64,000 nucleotides of DNA, taken from contig CAXXSL010000013.1 of assembly GCA_963675525.2 (NCBI GenBank), positions 512,001-576,000 on the forward strand. Reading direction: 5' to 3'. Positions 20,735-34,846 of this stretch are shown piece after piece. Positions within the stretch are counted from its first letter, which is position 1. Each line of letters starts with the position of its first letter. The notes beneath the pieces were generated by a model. The model was not told where the DNA came from, did not search any database, and saw nothing but the letters and a program-made list of their open reading frames with translations. Made by a program: the position numbers and the translations under genes. This stretch comes from Anaerohalosphaeraceae bacterium (GTDB taxonomy: Bacteria; Planctomycetota; Phycisphaerae; Sedimentisphaerales; Anaerohalosphaeraceae).

Positions 20735-22090
20735 TTATATTTGTCGTCTGTCTCGGCCGAAGATGGTCCGGTCAAAGCCCACGCGCAGCGACAGGCGCGG
20801 GTCGAAGAAAAACCGTTCTGTTGCCGACATTTTCGCGTGTCCGGGGATATCCTCCGGCAGCGTCTGAAACAGCAGCGCCGGGGCAATCCGCATCAACACA
20901 CTGGCCACAAAAATACTATGGATCCAGCTATCGCTGAACTGCGGCAGATGCGGTCCCAGCAGCCCCCCCGCCATCGACCCGAGAAAAATGCAGAACGAAT
21001 TGATCACGTTCAGCCAGGAAATCGAACGGAGCCGGTTGCTGGGCCCGATCGCATCCAGCGTATAATTAAAGCTGGCCATCGCCATCCCGCCCCAGGCCAG
21101 TCCCGCAAACATCTGCACCACCACCAAGTGCCAATACGTCCGCGACAGCACCCACACCAGCGGTAAGCCGACAACGATCGTCGCAAACAGACGCATCGGG
21201 ATCACATAGCCGATCCGGTCGCACATCCGCCCCCAGAAACGCGTGGTCAGAATAATCATCAGCGACGGGATCGTGACCAGAATCGTATACTGAAAATAAT
21301 TCAGCTTCAAGTCATTGAGCATATAGATGGCAAAAAACGGACCGCTGAAATTCGCCGCAAAACTCAGCAGTGAAAACCCCAGCACAAACCGCCCGAACGC
21401 ATGCCTGGGCAGTTTCCGGAGAAAATCCCGAAAGCTTCCTTCTTCGGGGGGGCGCTGACTGACCGCGGGCGGCTCATATTGAAGCCCCACAATCCAGCCG
21501 CCGATTGACCGTGTGATAAAACAGACCGTCCAGATGATCGAAAAGATCAGGAGCGTTTTGCCCGCAAAGGTATCCAGAAATCGGCCCGCTATCAGCGACA
21601 CCGTCAACTGTATCAGCGTCAAAATACGGTTTCGATTAGAGAAATACACCCCGCGCCGTCGCCGCGGCACCAGGTAACTCATCCAGTCGCTCCATGCCGC
21701 CGCCCCGTAGCCCATCGCCGCGGCATTGACCCCCATCGCCGCGATCGACAGCCACACCGCGTTATGCCCGTGCCAGAACGCGATCACCGCAAACGGCAAA
21801 TAACTGACACCATGCGCAAAAACGCTGCCCGCAACGACTTTTTTATACCCCCGAACCGATCCCATCAGCATGGGTACCCAAAGCTGGATCAGCCCCGTCA
21901 TCAGTGCCGGAATGCCCGCCGCGATACCGATCTGCAGTTTGCTGGCCCCCATCGCATTGAGAAACGGGATATAAAACGTCTGCTGCAAACCGATGGCGAT
22001 CAGGGAAAAAATCCCCTCCGCCACCACCAGCTTCATCGTTTTCTGCCGTTTCCGGCGGTCCTGATAATAATTGAATTTTGATGGTTTCAT
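20735..22090 (-). CDS. MFS transporter
   Basis: About 12 TM helices; VPRRRRGVYFS and WGRMCDRIG motifs. Confidence 0.85.
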   Translation of the reverse strand: MKPSKFNYYQDRRKRQKTMKLVVAEGIFSLIAIGLQQTFYIPFLNAMGASKLQIGIAAGIPALMTGLIQLWVPMLMGSVRGYKKVVAGSVFAHGVSYLPFAVIAFWHGHNAVWLSIAAMGVNAAAMGYGAAAWSDWMSYLVPRRRRGVYFSNRNRILTLIQLTVSLIAGRFLDTFAGKTLLIFSIIWTVCFITRSIGGWIVGLQYEPPAVSQRPPEEGSFRDFLRKLPRHAFGRFVLGFSLLSFAANFSGPFFAIYMLNDLKLNYFQYTILVTIPSLMIILTTRFWGRMCDRIGYVIPMRLFATIVVGLPLVWVLSRTYWHLVVVQMFAGLAWGGMAMASFNYTLDAIGPSNRLRSISWLNVINSFCIFLGSMAGGLLGPHLPQFSDSWIHSIFVASVLMRIAPALLFQTLPEDIPGHAKMSATERFFFDPRLSLRVGFDRTIFGRDRRQI

Positions 22091-22271
22091 GAATACCCAG
22101 AATTATAACGAATAACACGGCTTTGTAAAAGCGAGGAATTGTAGCTATTTTCCTTTAGGACACAAGCAAAAATCAATGAACGAACAACCATTGAGATTTC
22201 CAAATCCATCGGGTATAATAGACCAGATAGATCGAAGAATTAAATAGTTTTGTCAAAAACATATATTTAGA

Positions 22272-22364
22272 GACCCCGAAGGGGTCATAGTTAATTAGCC
22301 GGGGTGCGTAAGCCCCCGGAAAGAAAGCGTCTCTCCTTTTCTTCGAGCCCCGAAGGGGCGACAG
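22272..22364. repeat. REP-like element with CCCCGAAGGGG hairpins
   Basis: GACCCCGAAGGGGTC (22272-22286), CCGGGG..CCCCGG (22299-22319), GCCCCGAAGGGGCGACAG (22347-22364). Confidence 0.7.
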
Positions 22365-22423
22365 ATGCTGCTTTTGACAAATCGGCTTAAAATAGAAAGA
22401 AATTCCGGAGGCAATAAAACGAC

Positions 22424-23749
22424 TTGGAAAAAATGCGAGATCAGTTAAAAGTCCATCAGGAGCGGGCCGTTTTGGTCGGCGCCGTCCTGAGAGGCAAACA
22501 GAAGAAGAATACCAACAACGAGAATCTCCTGCAGGAACTGACAGCCCTGGCCGAAAGCGCCGGTGCGGTCATTGTGGACCAGTTCATCCAGAAGATCGGC
22601 CGCATCAATCCTGCCACCTACATCGGTTCCGGCAAGGCTAAAATGCTCGCCGAAAAAGTCGAGGCTAAAGAGGCCGATGTGGTCATCTTCGATAACGACC
22701 TGTCGCCCGGGCAGATACGCGAACTCGAAAAGATCGTCGAAGTCAAGGTGCTGGACCGCAGCGAACTGATCCTCGACATTTTCGCCACCCGCGCCCAAAC
22801 CAAACAGGCCAAACTGCAGGTCGAGTTGGCTCAACTGGAATATACCTATCCGCGCCTGACGCGCATGTGGTCGCACCTCGACTCGGTCGCCGGAGCAGGC
22901 GGCGGAACCGCCGCAGGCGCCGTCGGCGGAATCGGCACACGCGGTACCGGCGAAAAGCAGTTGGAGATCGACCGGCGCCTCGTCAATAAACGCATCAGCG
23001 AACTCAAACGCAACATTGCCGCCATCGACAAACGCAAAATGCGAGAGATCGACGGCCGCAGCGAGTTTTACAAAATTTCGCTGGTCGGCTATACCAACGC
23101 CGGCAAGAGCACGCTCATGAATGCCCTGACGGATGCGGACGTATATGTCGAAGACAAGCTCTTCGCCACGCTCGACACCCGCACGCGAAAGTGGGAAACC
23201 GACCCCGGCGTCGAAGTTTTATTAAGCGACACCGTCGGCTTTGTCAGCAAACTGCCCCACCATCTCGTCGCCTCCTTCAAGGCCACACTCGAAGAAACCG
23301 TCAATGCCGACCTGCTCCTGCACGTCGTCGATGCGGCCAGTCCCGATGCGTTCGAACAGATCAAAAGCGTGGAAACGGTGTTGAAGGAAATCGGCTGTGA
23401 CCAAAAAGAGATACTGGTCCTGCTGAACAAATCCGACCACATCGCCAACCGCGCGGTGTTCGATTCCGTCCAGACGGTTTTTCCCGATGCCATCAGCATC
23501 TCGGCCAAAACGGGATTGAATCTGGACCTGCTCGCTAAATCCGTCACACAAAAAGTCCACGGACAAAATGTGCGGGTACGCATTACCGCCGGCGCGGCCG
23601 ACGGCAAACTGCAAAGCTATCTGAAAACGGTGGGCAAAAATTTAACCGAAGAATACTTCGACACCACCGTGCAGATCGAAGCCACGCTCGGCCAAAATCA
23701 ACTCGCCCAACTCAAACGCCTGGCTCCCCGACAGATCGAATATTTGTGA
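22424..23749 (+). CDS. hflX: Ribosome-splitting GTPase HflX
   Basis: LILDIFATRA, LQVELAQL, GYTNAGKST, LFATLD, DTVGF, NKSD; GGAGG SD. Confidence 0.97.
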   Translation: MEKMRDQLKVHQERAVLVGAVLRGKQKKNTNNENLLQELTALAESAGAVIVDQFIQKIGRINPATYIGSGKAKMLAEKVEAKEADVVIFDNDLSPGQIRELEKIVEVKVLDRSELILDIFATRAQTKQAKLQVELAQLEYTYPRLTRMWSHLDSVAGAGGGTAAGAVGGIGTRGTGEKQLEIDRRLVNKRISELKRNIAAIDKRKMREIDGRSEFYKISLVGYTNAGKSTLMNALTDADVYVEDKLFATLDTRTRKWETDPGVEVLLSDTVGFVSKLPHHLVASFKATLEETVNADLLLHVVDAASPDAFEQIKSVETVLKEIGCDQKEILVLLNKSDHIANRAVFDSVQTVFPDAISISAKTGLNLDLLAKSVTQKVHGQNVRVRITAGAADGKLQSYLKTVGKNLTEEYFDTTVQIEATLGQNQLAQLKRLAPRQIEYL

Positions 23750-23769
23750 CATCGCACAGAAGATGCAAT

Positions 23770-23809
23770 ATACAGTTTACCCAGTCTCAACGCCCTGGGT
23801 AAACTGTAT
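23770..23809. terminator. Perfect 15-bp inverted repeat between convergent hflX and GH115 (probable terminator)
   Basis: ATACAGTTTACCCAG-10nt-CTGGGTAAACTGTAT. Confidence 0.7.
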
Positions 23810-23818
23810 TATTCAGCA

Positions 23819-26635
23819 TTAAAATACTCGAACCTGACTCAGGACCATGCCGGGATCCAGCAGGTAAATGGTCACGGTATGGTTCGCTGCATCGCTTAGA
23901 TCATGTACCGTTTTGCCAAGGGAGTATCCCCTCAGCACATTTTGCGACCAGTCCCCGGACCATTCCGAAGCATTGACATCCCTTGTTTGGACAGCGCCGC
24001 CATCGACGCTAACGGCATAGCGCAACCCCATCCCTTCATTGATCCGGTGTGTCGGCAGAAATCTCGCTTCGACCGTGCATGTGTCTAAATGGCTGTTAAA
24101 CGAATAGGTGATTGAAGGGGCCTTGTCGATATTGGCCTCATCAATCGATTCGGTTTCATAGGGCAGCACCGTCATCGCATACGTTTCAAGGCCCAGCCCT
24201 TCGATCTTTTTCCACGTGCTTATGGCTGTATTTTTCGTGTCGCTGTATTCATTAGCCGCAAAAATGTACATCGGTTCGAGGACAGGATTTTCAGGCCCTT
24301 TGCCCGGCTTCATCAGAGCAATTTGCTCGATAACCGTACCGGGTTCGCGATGAGAAACAACTAATTCATTGCTCCCCTCACGAAGACCAACATCCATGAT
24401 TTTCAGCCATTTAGCCGACAGCCCCGTTGGCTGGTCATTGCTCAACACTTTTTTATCATTGAACGAAACAAACCAGGAGTCGTGCTTATCATCGGGACAT
24501 TGAGCCAGGAAATAGAGGACCGCTTTTTGGTCCTGTTTCGACTCGAAGGTAAAGGTTGCCCTGGAACCGCTGTCTTCCGGCAGCACCTCCGGGGCGGTCG
24601 CCACAAGAGTCTTATCAATGAGCTTCATTGAGCCTTCACATTGGGCGTCAGCGGGATCAAGTGAGATCAAACACTCTGCTTTCTGCGACTCCTGGTGGAT
24701 TTTTTCGATATCAGGCTTACGAAATACTCTTGTGTTTCTCGGGGCCGCATCCATCATACCGTCCCATTTGCCGCCGGTCATTTCCCTATTATAATAACGG
24801 GTCAATTCCTGGATTTCATCATAGGCTTTCACCGCCCGTTCGGCGTTGCCCTGGACCGTGAATGTCTGTTTTTGATTCATCAAGGAAGCACTTTTGACCG
24901 GATAAAGAATTAACTGATAAAACGCATCCTTATATTCAGGCGGCAACTGTTTGTAAACCCCATCAGCCTTGTCAACAATCGTTTTATAATCGGCAAGTCT
25001 TTGATCCTGCTCCTGTTTTGAAAAAGATACTCTGTCGATATGCTCGGACTTAACCTGCTGCGTCAAACGATAATATTCTTTCTGAACCTCGGCTATTTCC
25101 TTGGCATAGTCTTTGCCGAAGGTTCGCCCGGCCCACTCCTCGATAAACTCCATAGCCTTTTCCACCGGCCACCGGTCAATATCATATGCCAGCTCAAGCG
25201 CAAACGTCATTTCCATTTCGATGGGCTTGATATCGCCCACATTGAACATCCATACCCGATCGGCACCATAGGCGTAAGCCTTATTCATTTCATAGGAAAT
25301 CAGCGCAGGAGACGTGGAACTGATCCAGAGGAAGTCCTGCGGAACCCCCCAATATGACATGTGGTAATAGACCCCCGAACCGCCCGACCGCTTGCGCTCG
25401 GCCGGTGTGGAGAGATTGCGAATATACCCAAAATTGTCGTCAGGCCAAACCATCGTAACATCATCAGGCAGTTGAAGTCCAAGCTTGTAGATATCAAGCA
25501 CCTCCTTATAGGGACAAAAGATCTGGGGCACCTTTGAAGGATCGGCATTGACATGCTCGGCAAGCATTTTCCGCTGATCCATAATCACCCGCCCCAAACG
25601 GTCACGCTTCTCGATACCGCTGCCGCCGCCCGGCATATTCGAGTCGTGGATACCACGCATACCGACGGTATAAACATTCTCAAACTGGCCGTTTTCCCTG
25701 ACGCGACTGTCCCAGTAGTTGTAGATGACATCACGGTTTGTTTCGTAATTCCATTCGCCCATCGTCTGCTTGTCCCACTCGGTCACATTGCAACGCAGCA
25801 TGGGCTCGCAATGGGACGCCCCCATGACGATGGCATAGTTGTCGGCCACGATCTTATTTTCGGGATAGATGTTGAATGCCTGGGTGCAGGGATGCATCCC
25901 CGGCCAGATATAGTTGGCTTTCAGGCGTAACATCAGCTCAAACACTTTCGCGTACGTCTTAGGCCCAAGGTCTTTTATGTCCGTATCATGATGCTTGGCC
26001 GCCCACGGCTGAAGGCCCCAGTCCTCGTCATTGATAAAAATCCCGCGGTATTTGATCGACGGCGTACCCTGCACGATGGTTTTTGTTGAAACATGGATCT
26101 GTTTTTTCTTCGGGGTCGGCACATCGGCCCAATAGTACCACGGGGAAACACCGATGGCCTCCGACAGGCTGAATACGCCGTAAGCGGTCCCTCTTCTGTC
26201 ACTGCCGGCAATCACCAGTGCCCGGTCAATCCCTTTAAACGGTTTTTGAACCTCGGCAATCGTAAACGCTTCCCATTGACCCTTGACGGCAGAGACGTTG
26301 AGTTTTTCCGAACGAATCAACGCATCGATATGCCGACTCTTTCCAATAGTCCCGACAAAGATGATACCGTCGGCCTTCGTCGGCAAATCCCTCAGAACAT
26401 CGGGCTTGCGGTCCGTCACTCGCTGGATATCTTCAGCCAACAGACCGGCGGCGATCCTGACAACAGCGGCATCGTTCTGATCAAAGACAATGGTCGTTGC
26501 GGTTTTTGAAACCACCGGAAAGGTCCCGAACGCAGGTGTGTCTTCTACGGCAATTCCATCAACATTTGCGCACCCAATTGCTGCGACCACAAAAACAACT
26601 CCCCAAATATATCTCATTGTTATCACTGTCATCAT
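23819..26635 (-). CDS. GH115 alpha-glucuronidase, secreted
   Basis: GSDRRGTAYG, YRGIFINDEDWGL, LKANYIWP, SHCEP, GMRGIHD, DDNFGY, GVYYH, NVGDIKP; GH115 C-terminal domain. Confidence 0.92.
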   Translation of the reverse strand: MMTVITMRYIWGVVFVVAAIGCANVDGIAVEDTPAFGTFPVVSKTATTIVFDQNDAAVVRIAAGLLAEDIQRVTDRKPDVLRDLPTKADGIIFVGTIGKSRHIDALIRSEKLNVSAVKGQWEAFTIAEVQKPFKGIDRALVIAGSDRRGTAYGVFSLSEAIGVSPWYYWADVPTPKKKQIHVSTKTIVQGTPSIKYRGIFINDEDWGLQPWAAKHHDTDIKDLGPKTYAKVFELMLRLKANYIWPGMHPCTQAFNIYPENKIVADNYAIVMGASHCEPMLRCNVTEWDKQTMGEWNYETNRDVIYNYWDSRVRENGQFENVYTVGMRGIHDSNMPGGGSGIEKRDRLGRVIMDQRKMLAEHVNADPSKVPQIFCPYKEVLDIYKLGLQLPDDVTMVWPDDNFGYIRNLSTPAERKRSGGSGVYYHMSYWGVPQDFLWISSTSPALISYEMNKAYAYGADRVWMFNVGDIKPIEMEMTFALELAYDIDRWPVEKAMEFIEEWAGRTFGKDYAKEIAEVQKEYYRLTQQVKSEHIDRVSFSKQEQDQRLADYKTIVDKADGVYKQLPPEYKDAFYQLILYPVKSASLMNQKQTFTVQGNAERAVKAYDEIQELTRYYNREMTGGKWDGMMDAAPRNTRVFRKPDIEKIHQESQKAECLISLDPADAQCEGSMKLIDKTLVATAPEVLPEDSGSRATFTFESKQDQKAVLYFLAQCPDDKHDSWFVSFNDKKVLSNDQPTGLSAKWLKIMDVGLREGSNELVVSHREPGTVIEQIALMKPGKGPENPVLEPMYIFAANEYSDTKNTAISTWKKIEGLGLETYAMTVLPYETESIDEANIDKAPSITYSFNSHLDTCTVEARFLPTHRINEGMGLRYAVSVDGGAVQTRDVNASEWSGDWSQNVLRGYSLGKTVHDLSDAANHTVTIYLLDPGMVLSQVRVF

Positions 26636-26742
26636 CCTTTCTGTTTTATACTTGCGGTTCCTTTTTTTCTGTGTCGATTTATTCCGAGTGGAGCGAGGAA
26701 TTTATAGAAACGCTCTGCTGATTGCCTAAATCCGATTAGATG

Positions 26743-28284
26743 CTATTTATTGCCACATGTTATACCGTTCCAGTCATCCGTTCTAAAGGGTGATGCAGGC
26801 AGGTTTGCCTTGTTGTACAGACAGCTTTCCGGGTCGGTATCCCAGGCATAGCGAACCGCCGCAGGCTCTTTAACGTTTTCACTAAAAACAACCACCGTCG
26901 CGCCCTCAATCCGTGCATCCGCCCAAACAAACATTTTGTCGGCGGCGGCAATCGCAAAGCCTTTGGCCGCTCCGTCTTTAAACATCAAGCCATCTTCGGC
27001 ATAGTTAAAAATGATTCTTATTTTATCACCCTCGATCTTATAGCCGGCATAGAGCGGGCCGGAATAATCAATCTCTTTACCGTAATCGTTGGCCAGCGCC
27101 CAGAATGCCAGACGCTCGCCGACATCTTTCTTATTGCCGGGGTGAATATTATTGGTTTCACCGATATCGATCGTAACGGCCATGCCCGTGTGTTCCATTG
27201 AGTTGGTCATCAACTGAGCCTCTCTCAGTTCGGCCCAACCGTGTTCTCGAGGCTGGCCGCGATATGGCTCCAGCGCCTCGCCCGGCTGATGGTTTGTAAA
27301 GGCGGCAAGCTGGACAAAATAGAACGGCATGTCGAAATGGTTAAAATCACATCGCCAATTCTTGATCATCGTCGGGAAAAGATCCCGGTATAAATAACTC
27401 GCTCCGGCATTGGACTCGCCCTGATACCAAATAGCGCCTTTGATGGTCATATTCGTAATGGGGGCAATCATTCCGTTATAAAGCGAACCGGGTTTATCCT
27501 GCGGAAAAAATCCCCACGTTCTTTCAGGCTTCGGTTTTTGTTCCTTTTCGGCAACAGCACAGGCCTCCTGCCATGCTTTAACCTTCGCATCATAAACGCC
27601 TATCACGGGACTTAAATTATCATCATGCTTAATGAAATCAACCCGCGTCCACGCCTGCGCACTCGTTCCGCCCCATGAACTATTGATCAGTCCAACCGGG
27701 CAGCCGGTTTCACGATGGATTTTCCGGCCAAAATAATACCCAACCGCACTGAAATCAGCCGCCGTTTCCGGTGAACATTCAACCCAACTGCCGACAACAT
27801 CCTCTGCGGGGGCATCGGCGGCGACCAATTGAACCGTAAATAAGCGAATGGATGAATTGGTCGATTGCTTAATGTCTTCGGCGCTGCCGTCAACCTGCTG
27901 ATTACCCCACCCCTTCATCGGCATCTGCATATTGGACTGACCGGAACAAAGCCAGACCTCACCGATGAGGATGTTTTTCAGTTCGATACTGTTGCTCCCC
28001 TTTATGGTTAGCCCGTAAGGTCCGCCCGCCGTGGGGGTGTTGACAAAAGCACTCCATTTTCCACTTTCATCTGCGGTCACTTCCGGCCCGGCGGGCCCCG
28101 CTTCACGGTTCCAGCCCGGCTCAATAACGATTTTCTCGCCGGGCCCGGCCCAACCCCAGAGCTTGACATCGGCATCCTGCTGCAGCACCATATTGTCGCC
28201 AATAATCGCCGGCAGTTTGACATCCGCCAATAACAATCCGGCAACAGATAAAAAAATAAGGTTTATGATGGAATGATGTTTCAT
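26743..28284 (-). CDS. Sialate/carbohydrate O-acetylesterase (SASA family), secreted
   Basis: GDNMVLQ, GEVWLCSGQSNM, WYQGESNA, IHPGNK, VRYAW, LPASPFRTD. Confidence 0.92.
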   Translation of the reverse strand: MKHHSIINLIFLSVAGLLLADVKLPAIIGDNMVLQQDADVKLWGWAGPGEKIVIEPGWNREAGPAGPEVTADESGKWSAFVNTPTAGGPYGLTIKGSNSIELKNILIGEVWLCSGQSNMQMPMKGWGNQQVDGSAEDIKQSTNSSIRLFTVQLVAADAPAEDVVGSWVECSPETAADFSAVGYYFGRKIHRETGCPVGLINSSWGGTSAQAWTRVDFIKHDDNLSPVIGVYDAKVKAWQEACAVAEKEQKPKPERTWGFFPQDKPGSLYNGMIAPITNMTIKGAIWYQGESNAGASYLYRDLFPTMIKNWRCDFNHFDMPFYFVQLAAFTNHQPGEALEPYRGQPREHGWAELREAQLMTNSMEHTGMAVTIDIGETNNIHPGNKKDVGERLAFWALANDYGKEIDYSGPLYAGYKIEGDKIRIIFNYAEDGLMFKDGAAKGFAIAAADKMFVWADARIEGATVVVFSENVKEPAAVRYAWDTDPESCLYNKANLPASPFRTDDWNGITCGNK

Positions 28285-28328
28285 CAGATATCCTCTCTTA
28301 GAAAATAATTTCAACTGTATTACACCGG

Positions 28329-29324
28329 CTATTCCGCCTTGAGTTCGCGGGTCATTAGTTCGGTGATGGCTTCGGGAACGGTTTTTTCGCCGTTGATAAT
28401 GCTGTAAATCGCCTCAGTAATGGGCATTTCGACGCCGTGCTGTTTGGCCAGTTTCACAACGCCGGCGCATGTCGGCACGCCCTCGACGACACATTGCGTT
28501 GAATCGATCGCCGATTTAACGCTCATCCCTTTGCCGATATGTTCCCCGAATGAACGGTTGCGCCCTTTCGGCGATACGCAGGTTGTAAATAAATCACCTA
28601 ATCCACTAAGTCCGGAGAATGTTTTTTCACTGGCCCCCAGCGCCACTCCCAGACGCTGGATTTCCGCCAGTCCGCGTGTGATCAGCGCCGCCTTGGCATT
28701 GTCGCCTGCGCCGATGCCGTCAATAATGCCCGCGGCAATCGCGATCACATTCTTCATCGCCCCGGCCAGTTCCACGCCGACACAGTCGTCATTGGTATAC
28801 ACCCGAAACCGCAGCGTATTGAACGCCTGCTGAATTTGCTGAGCCAGCGCCGCATCCGCGCACGCCACCGTCGCCGTTGCGGGCAGCCCGCGCACCAGTT
28901 CATCGGCAATGTTCGGCCCCGAAAGCACCGCCAGTGGATTGGCATCATTCAATAACTCCGAAAGAATCTGCGTCGGCCGTAGCAGCGTCCCGTTCTCGAT
29001 GCCCTTGGTAATGCTGACGATCGCCCGCTCCCGCGGCACATGCGGTTTCAATCGTGTCCATACCCCCCGCACAAACTGGCACGGCACCGCCGAAACGATC
29101 ATCTCCGCATCGGCCAGCGCCGCAGCGTCATCGGCCTCGTATTTCAGCACCTCCGGCAGCGAGTGCCCGGGGAGGAAAAACACATTCTCTTTTGCTTTGG
29201 CAATCGCCGCAAGCTGGGCTCCGTCATGTCCCCACAGTGTCGTGGCGATACCGTTTTCGCACAGCAGCATCGCACACACACATCCCATGCCCCCATCGCC
29301 AATAATCGTCGCTTTTTGAATCAT
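28329..29324 (-). CDS. gpsA: NAD(P)H-dependent glycerol-3-phosphate dehydrogenase
   Basis: IIGDGGMG, SGPNIA, GVELAGAMKNVIAIAAG, GLGDLFTTC, RN, VVEGV. Confidence 0.95.
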   Translation of the reverse strand: MIQKATIIGDGGMGCVCAMLLCENGIATTLWGHDGAQLAAIAKAKENVFFLPGHSLPEVLKYEADDAAALADAEMIVSAVPCQFVRGVWTRLKPHVPRERAIVSITKGIENGTLLRPTQILSELLNDANPLAVLSGPNIADELVRGLPATATVACADAALAQQIQQAFNTLRFRVYTNDDCVGVELAGAMKNVIAIAAGIIDGIGAGDNAKAALITRGLAEIQRLGVALGASEKTFSGLSGLGDLFTTCVSPKGRNRSFGEHIGKGMSVKSAIDSTQCVVEGVPTCAGVVKLAKQHGVEMPITEAIYSIINGEKTVPEAITELMTRELKAE

Positions 29325-29518
29325 AGAAGAATTAAACCCGCATATCGGCCCAATTTCAAGATTTTTTGCCGCGCCGGTCATTTTATTTCTCCGAAATCGC
29401 CCAACAAACCCTTTGCTCTGACCAACTTTTCAGTATAAAATGACTGAAAGTCATCCTCCAGTGAGGCTCAAGGCGACTTGTTAACTAAAAACTAAGAACT
29501 AAGAACTCTCAACTAATT

Positions 29519-30598
29519 ATGAAGCCACTTTATATCGGTGCCACATTACGCGATTGCGGCAAAACATCGGTCAGCGTCGGCCTGATGCAGGTCCTGCACG
29601 ACCGGGGACTGAATCCCGGCTACTGCAAGCCGGTCGGACAGCACTACGTGCGCTATCAGGACAAAAACATCGACGAAGACGGCGTGCTGATGCACCAGGT
29701 GTTTAACCTGACGGACGAGCCGTATTTTTTAAGTCCCATTGCCATCGAACGCGACTTTACCCGCAAGTTCATCAACAACCCGGACGTCAAGCCGCTGGAA
29801 AAAGAGATACTCCGCTGCCATGAGGAACTGCGTAAGGCCCATCCGATGGTCATTATCGAAGGGACCGGTCATGCCGGGGTCGGAAGTTGCTTCGGCCTGT
29901 CCAACGCCCGCGTGGCACAATTGATGGGCGCCAGGGTGGTCATCGTTACCTCCGGCGGGATCGGAAGACCCCTCGACGAAATTGCGCTGAGCCTGGCTCT
30001 GTTCAAAGATTTTGATGTCGAAGTACTGGGTGTGATCATCAACAAGGTTCTGAAGGAAAAATATGACAAGATCAAGGATACCGTCGGCAAGGGACTGAAA
30101 CTCATGGGCTCCCGGCTGATCGGAGCCATCCCCTACGACCGAAGCCTGACGACCTTCACGGTCGGCCAGTTGGCAGAGGAATTTAACTACCAGGTGCTCT
30201 GCGGACACGATGCCCTTTCCAATGTCATCGAGGACACCGTGATCGCCGCGATGGAACCGCAGCACGTCCTCCAGCACATCCATACCAATACCCTGATCAT
30301 CACCCCCGGCGACCGCATCGATAACATCCTGATCTCGCTGCTGGTACTGTCCAAGGATACATCCAACGGCGGGCTGATCCTGACCGGCGGTTTTGAGCCG
30401 CACCCGATGATCGAACCCCTGCTGAAAAACAGCCGAATCCCGATCCTCTTCAGCCAGGAGGATACGTTCAAGGTCAGTGCCCGCATGAAGGATCTGGGCT
30501 TTAAGATTCGTTCTTATGACACCGCCAAGGTCGAACGCCTGCACGATCTCGTGGCCGAATATGTCGATGTCGATTTCATCCTCGACAGCCTGAAATAA
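29519..30598 (+). CDS. AAA/BioD-like + DRTGG domain protein (stand-alone Pta N-terminal-like)
   Basis: CGKTSVS P-loop, YCKPVGQ, IEGTGH, ITPGDR, LILTGG; no PTA catalytic domain. Confidence 0.85.
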   Translation: MKPLYIGATLRDCGKTSVSVGLMQVLHDRGLNPGYCKPVGQHYVRYQDKNIDEDGVLMHQVFNLTDEPYFLSPIAIERDFTRKFINNPDVKPLEKEILRCHEELRKAHPMVIIEGTGHAGVGSCFGLSNARVAQLMGARVVIVTSGGIGRPLDEIALSLALFKDFDVEVLGVIINKVLKEKYDKIKDTVGKGLKLMGSRLIGAIPYDRSLTTFTVGQLAEEFNYQVLCGHDALSNVIEDTVIAAMEPQHVLQHIHTNTLIITPGDRIDNILISLLVLSKDTSNGGLILTGGFEPHPMIEPLLKNSRIPILFSQEDTFKVSARMKDLGFKIRSYDTAKVERLHDLVAEYVDVDFILDSLK

Positions 30599-30605
30599 CA
30601 GGTAT

Positions 30606-34457
<3,852 letters not shown>

Positions 34458-34846
34458 TTATTCCGATTTAAAACATATTTATGATGAGTAATCTCTTGAC
34501 TATAAGCGATAAGCAGAATTACTTCAATAACGCCGACGGAAATTGTTTTATTGCCACCAAAGCCGTTTTGGGATAATAACTCCTGATGAACAGCGAAAAA
34601 ACAGGATACAATCAATCGCATATGCGTTTGCATGTTTGAAGTTCAGGACTTTTCGCAGCTGACTTTTTTTTCATGACCCCCAACCTTCCGTCGCTATTTT
34701 ACGTATAAGAATAGGTAACAATATGTTCAGTTGGAGGTTTAAAACGATGCAGAATGTCCATCTACATACCCCCGACTGGATGCACAAGCCCCCGTGGCAT
34801 GCGAGAATAATAAAAAATGACGGAACATCAGGAAGGGAGGCGTATT

